DNA of 64,000 nt from Lingula anatina (lineage: Eukaryota > Animalia > Brachiopoda). Below, one piece after another: positions 25,114 to 38,278 of this stretch. A model generated the notes under the pieces. That model saw only the letters and a program-made list of their open reading frames with translations, had not been told where the DNA came from and made no database searches. Location of the stretch: NCBI GenBank assembly GCA_051362555.1, contig CM120641.1:15686001-15750000 (forward strand), in the 5' to 3' direction. Positions within the stretch are counted from its first letter, which is position 1. Each line of letters opens with the position of its first letter. The translations under genes were made by a program, and so were the position numbers.

Positions 25114-27679
25114 TGTTTAGGAAAGCAGGATTACACATGTTATTATGAACAGTGTTATTACAGCATCTTCAAGCTAATGTCATATGCCCAGTGGCTGCAG
25201 CTTAGTATTGTTAAATCAACTGCAGTGCTTTTAATTACTAAAACAAAAGCCACATTGAGCTATACAGATACATGTACCAGTGTCGAGTGCATTCCCAGTT
25301 TCTCTAAGGATGCGTTACAACATTGACCTGGAGATCGTTGATGGACACCATGTGCTGTCTGCATTTAGAATCTCTAAAGATCAAAAGGACATACCCATTG
25401 CTGAACATGAGCAAGCAAGCACAGGGTGGCCTAAGAAATAATATTTACCGTAGCATAGACCCACTTGGCCATGGTCTCCTTCAGCTCACAATTTCAGTCT
25501 ATGACTACTTTCAGTGTATTGTCTTACAGATAAAAGGGGAGTAGGAAAGAAAAAAAACATATCGTGTGAGCATTTGTCCAATGAGCTCTTGGCAGACAAA
25601 TTTCCGTCTTCCCCTCCTAGGCATATTCCTGCATGGCTTCTTGATTGTTAAGAAGCATGTTTGAGATGATTATTGGGGTAATGCAAAGGAAGTTATAATG
25701 TAGGTTTTTTATGAGGCTAGATTATGTTTCAAGACGGCTGTATAATTTTGTAAATAAGTACAAAAAAGGAAGACAATAGACTACACTGCAAGACTCATTG
25801 ACAGCAGAATGGAGATGAAGTTGCCAGAGCAGTTCAAAATCCTATATGTTTCATTGCCATCAAATGTTTGTTTTGCATTTCGTGTCCTTTTAATGAATTC
25901 TATGAATATTTAAATGTTTATAAATGCTTAATTCACGGTCTATTACATTTTTCATTTTAAGTTATTTTCATTAGTATTCATTTAATTGATTTCAAAATTG
26001 CTCCTACTGTGAAGTTTCATTTCATGATTTTTAAATTCAGTGAAGCCTTAGTTTTATTTGTGAAAATATTTAAAATGATTACCATATATGTAGTCGCATG
26101 AAAGGGTTATTTTGTGATAAAATATGGAAAACTGTTTTTCCATTAAATGAGTCATCAGTTCAGTCTGATTTTTAGTTTGTTGCAAATGAGTACATTTTCA
26201 TGATCATTTTTCATGTAAATATTCTGTCATCGTTGCATGCAAGTAGCTTTTAAAACAGGTTAGTTCTGTGAAGAGTGCCCTTATCATTTTGCAGATAAAA
26301 TGTAGGCTATAAATAGAATTAATTTATTATAATTTTCTTTCTTGTATGGACCCCTTTTGATTTTCATTCATCACAGCAATGTGTCTTATATAAAGGTTCA
26401 AACGTGTAATTCTTAAACACCTAGAATTACCAATACCACTATTTATGATGATAAAACACACAAGTTTGGAATTATCAGTAACTGGTATGCTATTAAATAC
26501 TACAGCTAAAGTGATCCTACACGTTCTGTTTTAATTGTCGGTGTTTTAAATACGGTGCCTTTAGAAGACCATTGTACATGTATTTAAAGTCATATTCCAA
26601 TTTAAAAAATCTTGATATAAATGTCATCTGTTTCAAGCAGAATGTGTTAAAATAATAGTAAAAACAAAAATTTAGGTGTCTTGTATATTTTTTATTCCTG
26701 TTATTCAATTATTGAAGCCTCACAAAGCAAAAGACCATTAAGACGTCCACTTTCATATACATGCTGATGATTTTCATATCGCACTTTTGAAAGAAAAAAA
26801 ATTCAACTTAAAAGTTCTCTTTTGCGTAGTACTTTTTCAAAGCTTCACAAAAAAATTGAATTCACCCCAAAATTGGATTTCTCTCTAAGCTGACTAAGCC
26901 AAATGGGATTGGATAACCATGCAATTTTCACACATCTTTATTTCATTTCCACAACGATCCATATATTCTTGTTCTTATAACGTACGCTTGGTCTTATCAA
27001 ATAAAATTTGCATTTGGAAAACCACGGAAATTAATGAGAAGTGTCCAAAATGGGTCCTGTGACGTCATAAGAATTACCGTAAAAGGATCTACGCCAAGCG
27101 TGTGCACTATATTCCAATGTAAAACGCTATGACAGTGTCCAACGGCAGTATGTACAAGGTTTTTAAAAGGCGCTGTTACTATATAATCTGGTAAGCTGAA
27201 GTGATCGTTGACACTGAAAAAAATTCTTAAGTTGCCGATAGTGATGCGAGGAAATCCTTTTTCATTTTGTGGTAGCAGCAAAATTGACGTGCATTACGAA
27301 TGCAAGGCTCGTTAAAAAAGTCTACCTTTAAACATTTTCAGGTGGCCTAAGTGCACGCTGATTTTTATAGCCAATACGGGCGTCAGAAATAAACACTTTT
27401 TCGACTTAACTAAGAACCCCGGGATCATTTACCAATTCTTGGCGGTTCGCGGAATTCGTAGTCGGTGTCGGTGTGATATGGGGTCCTTAACCAAGATTCG
27501 AGTGAGACAATGCTCATATTCCAGCTAATACAAAAATGAAAAGAAAACAAGTTTCTTTAGATTAGTTTTAAATAAACGATGTTCGACTGATAAGGTGGCG
27601 AGTTATGCTAAGTCTACGGCACGCAAAAACTTATTCTCATTGTCTGCAATTTTACTCTGTCAAACATATTCGTGCCAGT

Positions 27680-29870
27680 TCACTGGTGTGAAAACACATT
27701 GTCAGCACTACTGCTGGGCTGAGGTTCCACCACACTTCCTGGACTATGTAACATTGAATGATGGTCCAGGTAGCGGCTGCCCGAGGGGTGCTCCGACAGA
27801 CAAAGCTCTGTCTGATCAGACCGTGACCGCGTATGGCCCAGTGGTATCATAGCAACTGAAGCGCTTCCTTTTCGATGGCATGCTGGCGTTGGCTGGGCAC
27901 TGCGCGGCAGCCCTAGCTGAGTAGAGTATTGGTCTGCCCTCTCTGTGTGTGCTACGTCTCGACCAATTTCTAGGATGGAGACACGGCAGCGGTTTCTCAA
28001 AACCCCGATGAATAGTTTTCCTGGAATAGTAAATGATTTTGTTATGCAAAAAAAGCGGACTTGAATTTGTGTTATAGGTTGCTAGGTTAGTTAACAAAAA
28101 CATTTTGATAGTTGCAATTTTTTGTACTTTTTTTAATGAAATATATAGCAATCAGGTTTTGAACATGCAAGATGTATATGCACGTCCCATATACTTCACA
28201 TGCCCAGATTTATACGTCAGTTGGAACTGTGAAAGTGCCCTACAAAAAATACACAAAAATATACACGATGAGATATTCCAAACTGAGAGCCTAACCTTAG
28301 TGTAAAGCTTCTTAGTCGCATATCTTTGTTTAAGTGTGCAAATCACCTTGCCTATTTATTTTAACGGGACACTACCGTATACAGGATTTACCTGCCAAAA
28401 TGAATTTTTTTCCTTAGGGAAAAAGCAATTTTCTCCAACTCACAACTCATTGCTTTACTGTAGTACTGACAACAAAATTAAGATTCGATGTTTCATTCCA
28501 TTTTTTATTTAATGATTCAGTTCTAAATGACTGCCTAGTCGTTTAGAACGCCGTGTCTTCCCGTATATTTCAGAAGGAACGATATCTACACCAGGTAGTT
28601 CTATTTGATGAGTTTGTATTTTTATGGTCTGAATTGAAAAAGATTGTTTGCTTTGCAGGATATTTAGGCATAGAAAATAAGACATTGGGAAAGTTTTGAA
28701 CCAGTACCGTTTACCTTTAAGCTATTGTCAACTAATTCGAATTTCGATATTATTATTTAACAAGTTAGTAAGTGGCATTAAAGTTTTAGACATTATGTTT
28801 AATCACTCACAAAACTGCTGGTTCACCTGTAATTTGTCTACTTTACTCATGTGCCACAAAAAAAGAAATGGCATTTAAGGAATAGCTTGCCATTCCTGTA
28901 TTGAATACTTACGAAAATCCTTGCTGCGGAAACAGTAAACGAAAGGGTTACAACAACTGGAGATAAAGACAAGGATTTGGGCCGTAGCATTGAAATAGGC
29001 GAATAACCGTATACCGTCTTCACTTGGCTTCACGTGGCCACTCTTCAGTCTGTGGTAGTTAGCTAGCGACAAAAACTCGGCAATGTGGTAGGGCGTCCAG
29101 CACAGGCCAAATACGATGATCACGGTAAGGACCAATGAGTTCACTTTCAAAACGTGTTTTGGCACATGGCAGGCAGGTTGAGAACTGTTTGTTGAGTGGG
29201 GCACCACGGCTGTGTTCAGTTTTTTGAGAATGTTTATGTAGCAACGTAGTATTGTGATAAATGGTAGACCAAATCCAAATAGGAACTGAAAGCCAGTCCA
29301 AAATTCAAAAAGAAAGGCCTTCGATTCATGGGGCCAGAAGAGACCACAGGAAGATTTATTATCTGGTTTGTATTTCACCGTTCCATATATCCAGTACGGA
29401 ATAATTATGCACGCGCTCGCAACCCATACCATTCCACACGCGATTTTAGCTTTGTTTATGGTTCGGTATCCAAGTGACTTGACGGGGTGAACAATGGCCA
29501 TATATCTGTCTACGCTCATTACAACGATTGTGAATACGCTGGAATATTTGTTGATGACACTAAGCGAAAGAAAGAATTTGCAGAGCGGTGTTCCAAAAAT
29601 CCAATTACTGTGTAAAGAGCTGTACGCAAGAAACGGCATGGTAAGTATATGAAGGTCATCAGACAGTGCCAGATTCAGAACAAAATAGTTCGGAATTGTC
29701 TTCATCTTAGCGTGCCTCAGGATGAAATATATCACGGTAGTGTTCCCAATAAGTCCAATAACAAAAGTTACTAGATAAGAAACCGCAATCACAACGGCCA
29801 AATGTGACAGATCTAGACCTTGAAACTGGATTGGGTCTGTCGCGTTTCTGGACTCTGCTGAAAAATTCAT
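27680..29870 (-). CDS. Class A neuropeptide GPCR, somatostatin/allatostatin-C/opioid-receptor-like
   Basis: Exon 29870-28913 encodes 7 TM helices with GLIGN, KMKTIPNYFVLNLALSD, W.FG..LCK, MSVDRY.AIVHP, CWTPYH and NPFVY. A phase-1 GT-AG intron joins exon 28020-27680 (helix 8 RKLFIGVL plus a Ser-rich tail). Confidence 0.85.
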
Positions 29871-32638
29871 GTCTTTTCTTGTTTCAATTGAATGCAGTAC
29901 GTAATATTGACCACACTTTCTACAAGTATGTTCTTAGGACCCAGCCAAGTCCTTCAAACAAAAATGAGATTCGACAAAACTCCGTCTTATTGATGCTAGG
30001 AATAAAGTGTCTCTAGTTTTCTCTGCTAACAGAAGCTCTCTCTCTCTCTCTATATATATATATAGGCCTATGTATATAAATATCATAGAATCCTTGGCAC
30101 TGCAATCAAAGGGGCGGGTCCGTGATTTAATCCTTTTCTCTCAACCTTTGATGTTACTGATTCTTTCATTTGCATCGCCATGACAAAAACTTTCCGCTCT
30201 AAAATGAACCAAACTTCCCAAAGATCTCACATTTTATGTTGCATTTTAATAAAAAAAAAAGGAGCGATGCACCTCTCCTGTACCTGCCAATTTCAGGTTC
30301 TGTCAGTCCAGACAGCAAATTTGCTATGATAAATGTAACATGGCATTACAGTCTATGACGTTATGACAAATTTCAGTCGGCGCGTCAATAGCAGCTAGAA
30401 TTACCGCCAGCTCTCCGCAAAACAAAACAAGATATGTTTAAGTGGAATATATTCACAAATGCCTGTTGAGGGGACATATATATCTCCAACGTCAAGTGAT
30501 CTTCTTCTATCTTATGTAGAATGTGAATTATTTGTGATGTATCCAAGGTGGTTATGAGCACAACTCTGAAGAGTCAGTGAGGAGTGTATCGGACTACACG
30601 AAGCTTTATTTTATTAACATGCTTATTAAAAGACGCCTTGTGTCAGTATGTGTCACTTCAAAACATCTGATGGTAAGAAAGGTGCCATATTTCTAAAAGT
30701 CCATATTTTCTACGTCTGCACAAGAAGAAAACTGGTCAATCTCAAAACAAATGACCATATCTGATAGGAACAAACATATACTGCCATCCGTTAGTCTCTT
30801 GGCATCACATATACCAGTACATGTACATATCTGCAATATTCTGTTTTATTTTGATGCTTGACTGCGCCAATGTGAACATGGTGTGTTGGGTCCTAGATTA
30901 CACTAACGTACCTTCGAATAGGTCTACACGATATTTTCATTTCTACATAACGAGTTATCAAATAATATACAGTAGCTTAAATTAGATTTTTCCACCCTAA
31001 ACAATTACGGGTGAGGCAAAAATAGCGCGTATTCTGACGTTAGTTGCACTTTAGGTGAGACGTCTTGCTATAGTTGTTATATGTATATATATTGCAATAT
31101 ATTGGATGTGCTGGATACCACTAACGCAATGCAGGTAGGCTTTTCTTTCTTTTTAATCTCAATTCCTGATAGCTTTGTCTTGTATGTTACTGAAACAGCT
31201 TTAACAATCTAAAACTATTGTAACCATACAAATACCATGTGGAACAACAAAAGATGACTAATCTGTGCATATGCTGGTAATATGATCTAAATATTCATTT
31301 TTCTCTTTGAAACACCCTTGATTCTGTAAAACCTGGAGTGATGCATTATAAAAACCATGCTATCAAAATGATTCTGATGATAATGATGATGAAATTAATA
31401 ATAAATATATTTGTTGTACATGTACATGTAGGTACGCAGACACATGGTTCTGCGTGAACCTTTCAGTTTAGGTCGAGCACTGTGTGTCATAATCACTTGA
31501 TAGTTTACTCGAGTAAGATGCACAAATGGAAGGTGATAAGATATAAACACTGTATAGTAAGTTTTAATGTAGGTCATTCGAAGGCTCTATCACGCAGAGA
31601 TATTAACAAAAACATAGTTGTAAGCTAAAATAAAATAAAGTCAGTCTATTTGTCAGTTTCAATGCAAAAGTACGTAGTCAACTCTAAAGACCTCCTGTTA
31701 AAGATTTAAAGTTAATGACTTCTCCTTTCGGCAGTACTTCAAGTAGTCTTTATCAAATCACCCTGGCATTCTACTTTACGAAATGGCCTTATATCTTTTG
31801 TGCAATATCAAAGAATTTTAAATCTTGAACTATATGCCATTTTCTTCGATTTTATTGTTTACATTTGAGTGCTCAGCCAACCGCAGTTCAATTTTCTCAA
31901 CACGTTATACTTTTTTCAGTTAATCTAATCTGAGTTCAAATTTCGTTGCATTGGTAGGGTATTGAATTGTCATTTTTGATTAAGTTATCAAACGTTATTT
32001 TTATAATTCAAACCTGCCAACTTCTTTGCCGAGATCCAGCAAAATGCATGTGCGTGGCAAAGAACCTCCCCTTGCCTTCTCCCTGTATTTTGAAAACGGG
32101 CACGCACGCGCGCGCACACACACAGACACGCACACACATTTTTGTGAAAATTGTGCTTGTTTTCATTGTGGTTTTCAAAAACAAAATAGGCTTACATTTA
32201 AGATTCAACGTTTAACATTTAAATGGTGCACTATTCTGGAAATAAACTCGCACTGCACTGAGCAACTTATTGCTGTGCAAATTACAACATGTATGGTTCA
32301 TTTGAGGTGTGACGTTGTGGCTGAAACTGTTCACATGATATGACTGAAGATATGACTAAATGTATTCTTGTTGTTAATTAACACTGCTTTATTCGAGAAA
32401 AAATACAAGTGTCTTCTACCATGCAGTTTAATATGTTAGTGATACACCAATTTTAAAAAACTCAAAACTAGGGAAAAAGGAAGGATGTCGATAATTATTT
32501 TCGCGATAAATTGACGTAAAAAGGAATCGATATTTCGGAGTATCGTTGAATCCAAATCACCCTAGACATGTTCCATTGTGAAAATATTTTATACCAAGTT
32601 TGGCAATATTGTCGTCGGTTCGACAAACAAAAAAACTG

Positions 32639-33587
32639 GGCCCGGTTTCATCAAGGCTGGATAGCGCTATCCTATGGCTAAAAATGGCCGCTATCCTCTG
32701 GATAGAGCTGTCCAGAGGATAGTGCGTTTCATCAACAGTGGGTAGCGTTATCCAGGGGATAAATCAGCTTATCCAGAGGATAAAGTTGTCCGCTCGAAAT
32801 AGGTGGGATAAATCTGCTATCATGCTGTTAAATCATCAAAAATGGCGAACCTGTTTGCTTTGGAAGTAAATCCTATGAGATTTCACAGGCGTAGAATGAT
32901 TAGAAAGAGAATTTTAGAAGATGTATGTTTGCTTTTGATGATTTAAGTGATGCTGAATCAATAGATTACATAACAGACTTTATCAAAGTTGACATCGCGC
33001 CTGCTACGAACAAAATCCATGCAATCTCCCTGAGAGACCAATTATCTTTATTTTACTAAAACATACCTTTTAAATCGACGAAAAATGTCTACACTGCTAT
33101 TGACAGAATCTGCCAAATGTGCCAAGTCAGCCATTTTGTTAGAAAGTATGTCACGACCTTGCCCTTCAACTGTGTAATCTGTGTAAACATTGCATGAGGC
33201 ACAACTAATGCAATGTGATGTGTTATCGACACTGACACTAAAATATCCTGTAGATATTTCCCCCATTATTTTAATGAATGTACCATCTTGAAATATACTT
33301 AGAATATATTATGGGTTATTTATTTTCCAAATATGGTATAGACCACTTTTTGTTAGCAACTATCATGGCTTTTATAATGTTTATAGCAACCAACTGCATT
33401 ATGGGAATGTCTTTTTCCAAATATGGTATTGGATAAATTTTTATCCATTGTATTACTATCATGCTCTTTATCCAGCTTTTATGAAACACAAATTTACACA
33501 GAGGATAACTATCCAGAGAATAAGAGATTTATACCATGGATAGTGTTATCCACAGGATAGCCTATCCAGCCTTGATGAAACCGGGCC
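32639..33587 (+). mobile_element. Internally deleted Harbinger transposon with transposase N-terminal relic
   Basis: TIR GGCCCGGTTTCATCAAGGCTGGATAG / CTATCCAGCCTTGATGAAACCGGGCC and CTG target duplication. Positions 32842-33040 translate (one frameshift) to MANLFALE...RRR...FDDLSDAE..YITDFIKVDIAPATNKIHAIS, resembling Harbinger transposase N-termini. Confidence 0.8.
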
Positions 33588-34057
33588 CTGGAGTTTTCGT
33601 TAGTAAACGTGGCTCGGATTCACAAATGCCTGAACGATGCAGGCCTTTTTATGGTAGGTGTAATTTGCCTGTGGGTTATCTGATGGCAATTTCTATATTA
33701 AAAGAATTTTTAATGAGCACCATCCGAATTTTTTTGTTTCAGAAGTTTCCATTTGTGTATATTCTTCTATGGGGTACATATGGCACTTTTATTAAATTCG
33801 TTAAAATCACTTAACCGAAAATGGAAAGGAAAGGGACATCACAGAAGAATAATGTGGTACTGTACTCTTTTCCTGTGGTTTTTAGGTTCATTTACTAATC
33901 ATTTTAAATGATTCTTACAGTAAAGCAAAAACTGTCTTTGTCATCATTATCCTCGTTGTTATTGTTCTTTTTTGTGGGATTGTTTTTGCTTATACGCACT
34001 GCTCTTAATGTAACGTAAATTATTTGTTCTAGATGATTTCCAAGAAATAAACAAGAT

Positions 34058-34141
34058 TTTAAGCTGAAAGCGATTTAGCAAGAATCTACTCGGAGATGGA
34101 CCGATCCCGCTCTAGATCGTTCTGGGTATGGGAATGTGGTC
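34058..34141. mobile_element. Partial (one-arm) copy of the GACCCCATTCCCA MITE
   Basis: AAGCTGAAAGCGATTTAGC...CGGAGATGG...GGTATGGGAATGTGGTC matches the right arm of 15813-16063 and 48222-48461. Confidence 0.7.
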
Positions 34142-34276
34142 TAATATTGTACCCCCTCTTCGCCTCACCCAAGAAATCTGGGCCAAAGTTCAATATTATG
34201 AGTCTGATGCTAACGGAATGGCGGCGCAAAGTTATATAAAAGATTTCTCAAAGAGCACGAATGAGTCAACAAAAGT

Positions 34277-36525
34277 TTACACATCTTCTTTTTTGGTTGC
34301 TGTAGCGATGAAACAACCAGCAAAATCAGACACCGTGTCAGCACTTTTAGTATCATAAGGATACCAGGCAATGTTTTCAAGTCCTGCTTTCTCTAGAGCT
34401 CCCGTTACCTCATCTTTCGTCAATGGCAAACAGAAAAATTTCTCTCCACCTACATCATAATAGGATTCGCCAAGAACGCCTACCAACAAGAAGTGACCCT
34501 TAGCTTTCAACAAAGACACGACATTCTTGACTGCTTGTTCGTAGGCGTGGACGTCTGCGCAGCTTGCTTCTATACACAAGGAGCTCGTCACAGCGTCGAA
34601 ATGATCAGATTGGTTGGGGTAGATTGGATTCATTTTATTGATATCACAGTGAAGAACATCTTTAATTTTATTCCGGAAAGTCTTCTGGTCTTCTTCCCAA
34701 TTATCTCTGAAAACGAAACAAAAAACTACTTGGGGATGTGATTTTGGCAAAAATGAAAAGGCATTCGCACACTATTACTGGCATCTTGAACGATATTCTA
34801 GAAGTTATACCTTACCGATGATGACTCCAAGGGATTCTTATCTCAGAGATGCATTAAAGGTACATACGAGCCCAGCATCGGTGGAGCGTGGATTCCCAGT
34901 AACACATATAAACCACTTCTACTTGTTTCTTATACGACTCAAATAAATTCGAGATGCCAAGGGATAAACTGAACAGATCACTCGATCAGCCATAAAAGAG
35001 CTTTATAGCCCTCCTTTCTTTAAATTTTTGGTCAGAATTTTAACCTACTTTCGTGACCTACTTTTCTGCCCCATTGACATACAGCATAGAATGCAAGTAG
35101 AAAAATCCATTCAAACATCATTTTTGGGTAAAATTAAACAATGCCTTTTGGTAATTCTCTTAGTTATACTACTTGAAACTATGTGCTGGCATTTGGTTGG
35201 TTTTTGTGTCAAAAAATTGACTTTGTATGCATCTTTAAAATATAGGCTACTCTTTGTAATTACACAGTAAACGCGTGTTAAATGCAGCATATTAACTGTA
35301 AGCTTTATTTTTACATTGCCATGTTAAATTTAAATCATATCCTGACAAGAAACCCCTTTTGTTAAATGAAAGTAATTATAATTACGCGTTCCCTTCTAGT
35401 TTAGCAACATATTTGAAGAACGGCTTCCAGTTCCAAGCTGCATCTTCGTTCTGCCACCATTTCTTCAGTGCTCTTCGGTTAACATCGGAAAAGTCCGTGA
35501 ATGTGATTTCGTCAAACCACTTAGATGCACTTATGACGTTGTGGATGCAAGGGCCGCTACCAATATCCAGCAGACGAGAACCCTTAATCTGACCTAAGAG
35601 ACAAGTAGTAATTGTTGCTCATTACATTATAATTAAACAATATAAAATTTTCAATGAGGAGTTTGTATATCCATTGAAGCTTCAGACCTAAAGTTCAGGG
35701 GCTCGAAGAATGTGTTCTACTTCTACAGATGTGCTCTCAATAAAAGTATGCTGTACGTGAAGAGACACTTACCAGTCTGAGGTGCAATTATATATATAAG
35801 CGATTGAAACTGACCTTCTAATATCACATTTATAACTTTATTCAAAAGATATTACCCAAACATGCTTGCGTCAGACCCCGTTCTCCAAATGCCCATACTA
35901 GGCCTACTAAATTTTAAAAAGACCACAGTTTGAGTTAATTGGAGAAGTCCGAAATGGACTGTGCTATAGGCCTATTTGATGGGCACATTTGGGACGAAGA
36001 AAGCCAAGATATGAATATGTAGGCTACGCGCACATAATATTTTAAGTGTTTTGTGTGTATAAGAGACAAAATGCCACTTCTACTCAAGGAACGTCCGGCT
36101 TGGGAGTCCCCCCGACCCCTAGCAGAAGTATGACTCACCATATATCGGCTGGAAATAAGTTAATGGAAACTATGTCAAGCACTCACCATCCTTGTTGCCA
36201 GTGTTTCAAAAAAAATGTAAGACGCTTTACTACTACCTAAGGAACTTCAAATATATTTGTCGTATGCTTCTAGACAAAACTAGGGTGCTAGTGATATATA
36301 TAAATGGCGCTACTATAGTTGTTATTAAACTAAAAACTTCATCGACACACCTGAATTGAATATGGTATGCAGGGTGTTAATAACGAAAGGCATAAACTCC
36401 GGCTCATCGGGATGTCCCCCTACGCCATCATAGTATGCTTTCAAGTATGACTGCTCATCAAAGATGGTGTTGTAGTCCTCTCCACTGCGTATAGCAGGCT
36501 CCCGCGTTTTGTCGTCGACAGACAT
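34277..36525 (-). CDS. NNMT/PNMT/INMT-family SAM-dependent methyltransferase, paralog 1
   Basis: 3 exons 36525-36351, 35593-35386 and 34706-34277, the 3-exon layout of this family. Motifs F...YLKAYY, LLDIGSGP, DFSDVN, AWNWKPF, CD, SSLCIEA, LLK..GHF, YYDVG..KF..LP. Confidence 0.92.
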
Positions 36526-38278
36526 ACCAGTATATTGTGTTCGATCTGCGGTGACCTGTTTTCTACAAGCTTCCTGTGAAAGGTGGCCTGCTGTTTATAG
36601 TTCATACGTATATCTTTGACCTTGACCACTGTCGCCTCTACCGCAATATACCACTGATAGGCCTAAGCTATAGTACCAGTTCATAAACACAGTTGACGAG
36701 TATCCGTTTTAGTGGTCTTATTGGTCACGGTGCTTTCAAGAAGGGGGGGGGGATATAATCACATTGCCTGTAAATGTTTCTTGGCCTTTACAAAAGCCTA
36801 GGTTACATTTGCCATGCGATGTCCATATAGTGCGTACTGGATCTCTCACGAGGCCTCCACGTTGGCAGGTGGTGGCAATACAAAAATGTAGGGCAGATTC
36901 GTGGCCTCCGTATCTTCTACAATTTTGTCAATGCTAAAATTTTGACAACATTAAAAAAACATAAGTCCATATACGCATTACCCAATTCCCGTGGATGGTT
37001 GAACCTGTTGTTGGTCCCTTTCCCTTTCCCGTTTGGTAGTTTGGTAGTTTTAGGAGGCATATCGACATTGAGCATAATTAGAACTTAGTGTTATTCACTT
37101 CCATAAATAAAAAGTGTTTCAATATTTTATAACTGATTATTTAACCATACATAGGCTTAAAGTAGCATATAGTGACGAGCAGTCCAATATTAAAATAAAG
37201 AACTCAAAGACGGCTTCATGGTTTTTTTATTTTCTCAACGGTTTTGGATACTTGGTAGGGTCCTACTTGGTGATTTCAGGAAAATTGATAAATCTAACAT
37301 CCCAGAAGTTTTCACAAAATTTCTGATAATTTATTTGAAATAAGCTATTTTGTTTTAAATGGCCAATATGGATATTATAAGATATAGGTACATGTAACTA
37401 TAAGAAGATTTGGCCGTTCTTTGCGTTTCAGCTTGCGTCAAATCCAGCTGTGTTTGTATTATAACATAAACTATTTTCTGTCGTATGATCACTTAAATGT
37501 TAGAAAAATGGTTAGTCTTTACTATTCATGAGGTAATAACGGTTGTGTGAGGAAATACTACGGACCCTGAACGGTCTGTATAACATAGAATTTGATGAAA
37601 ATAAATGTAAAAATTACACAACATAGAAATATACATGTAAAAAATATTAATAATAATTAAGATAGTAATTGGATTTCATGAAATAACATACTTAAAATTT
37701 AGACGTTTGAACATTTTAAACTTTATTTAATAACATTTTGGCGGAAAGGTGCCATAAAACGGATTTCCTGGGGTAAATGGCAATTTCCCCGTGATTTCAA
37801 ATGGTTAGTAAATCCGTTCACATTCAAAGTTAGTCAACCCTTTTTTTCTTTTTAAAATGTGGGTTAATAATAATTTCTTAAGAGAGTATTACGGAGGGTA
37901 GCCATCTATGAAGGTCCACGTGGTCCGATGGCAAGCACATATTTCAGAATAATTGCAATAACCGCCGTGTTGGTGTTAAAATGGTATTTTTGTGAAAATT
38001 TGAATCTCTTTTGAAGATTCGCTATACCTTTTTTACATGACGAGATTGAAATTTAGATCGTCCTCAACATATTTTGGTGTCTAGATATAAAAAAGACATT
38101 GCCCTTTAGATATAATACCCTGCTATATGACTTAATACACTTGGTCAAGAGGTTTTGACACATTTTATGTGTTAGTAAGTTAAAACAAGAAAAAATATAT
38201 TTCCTCTATAGCCATGAGCACATGTTATAAGAGAATTATTCTATCAGCACAAAGATTATTCTACTTATTTGTGCATAT

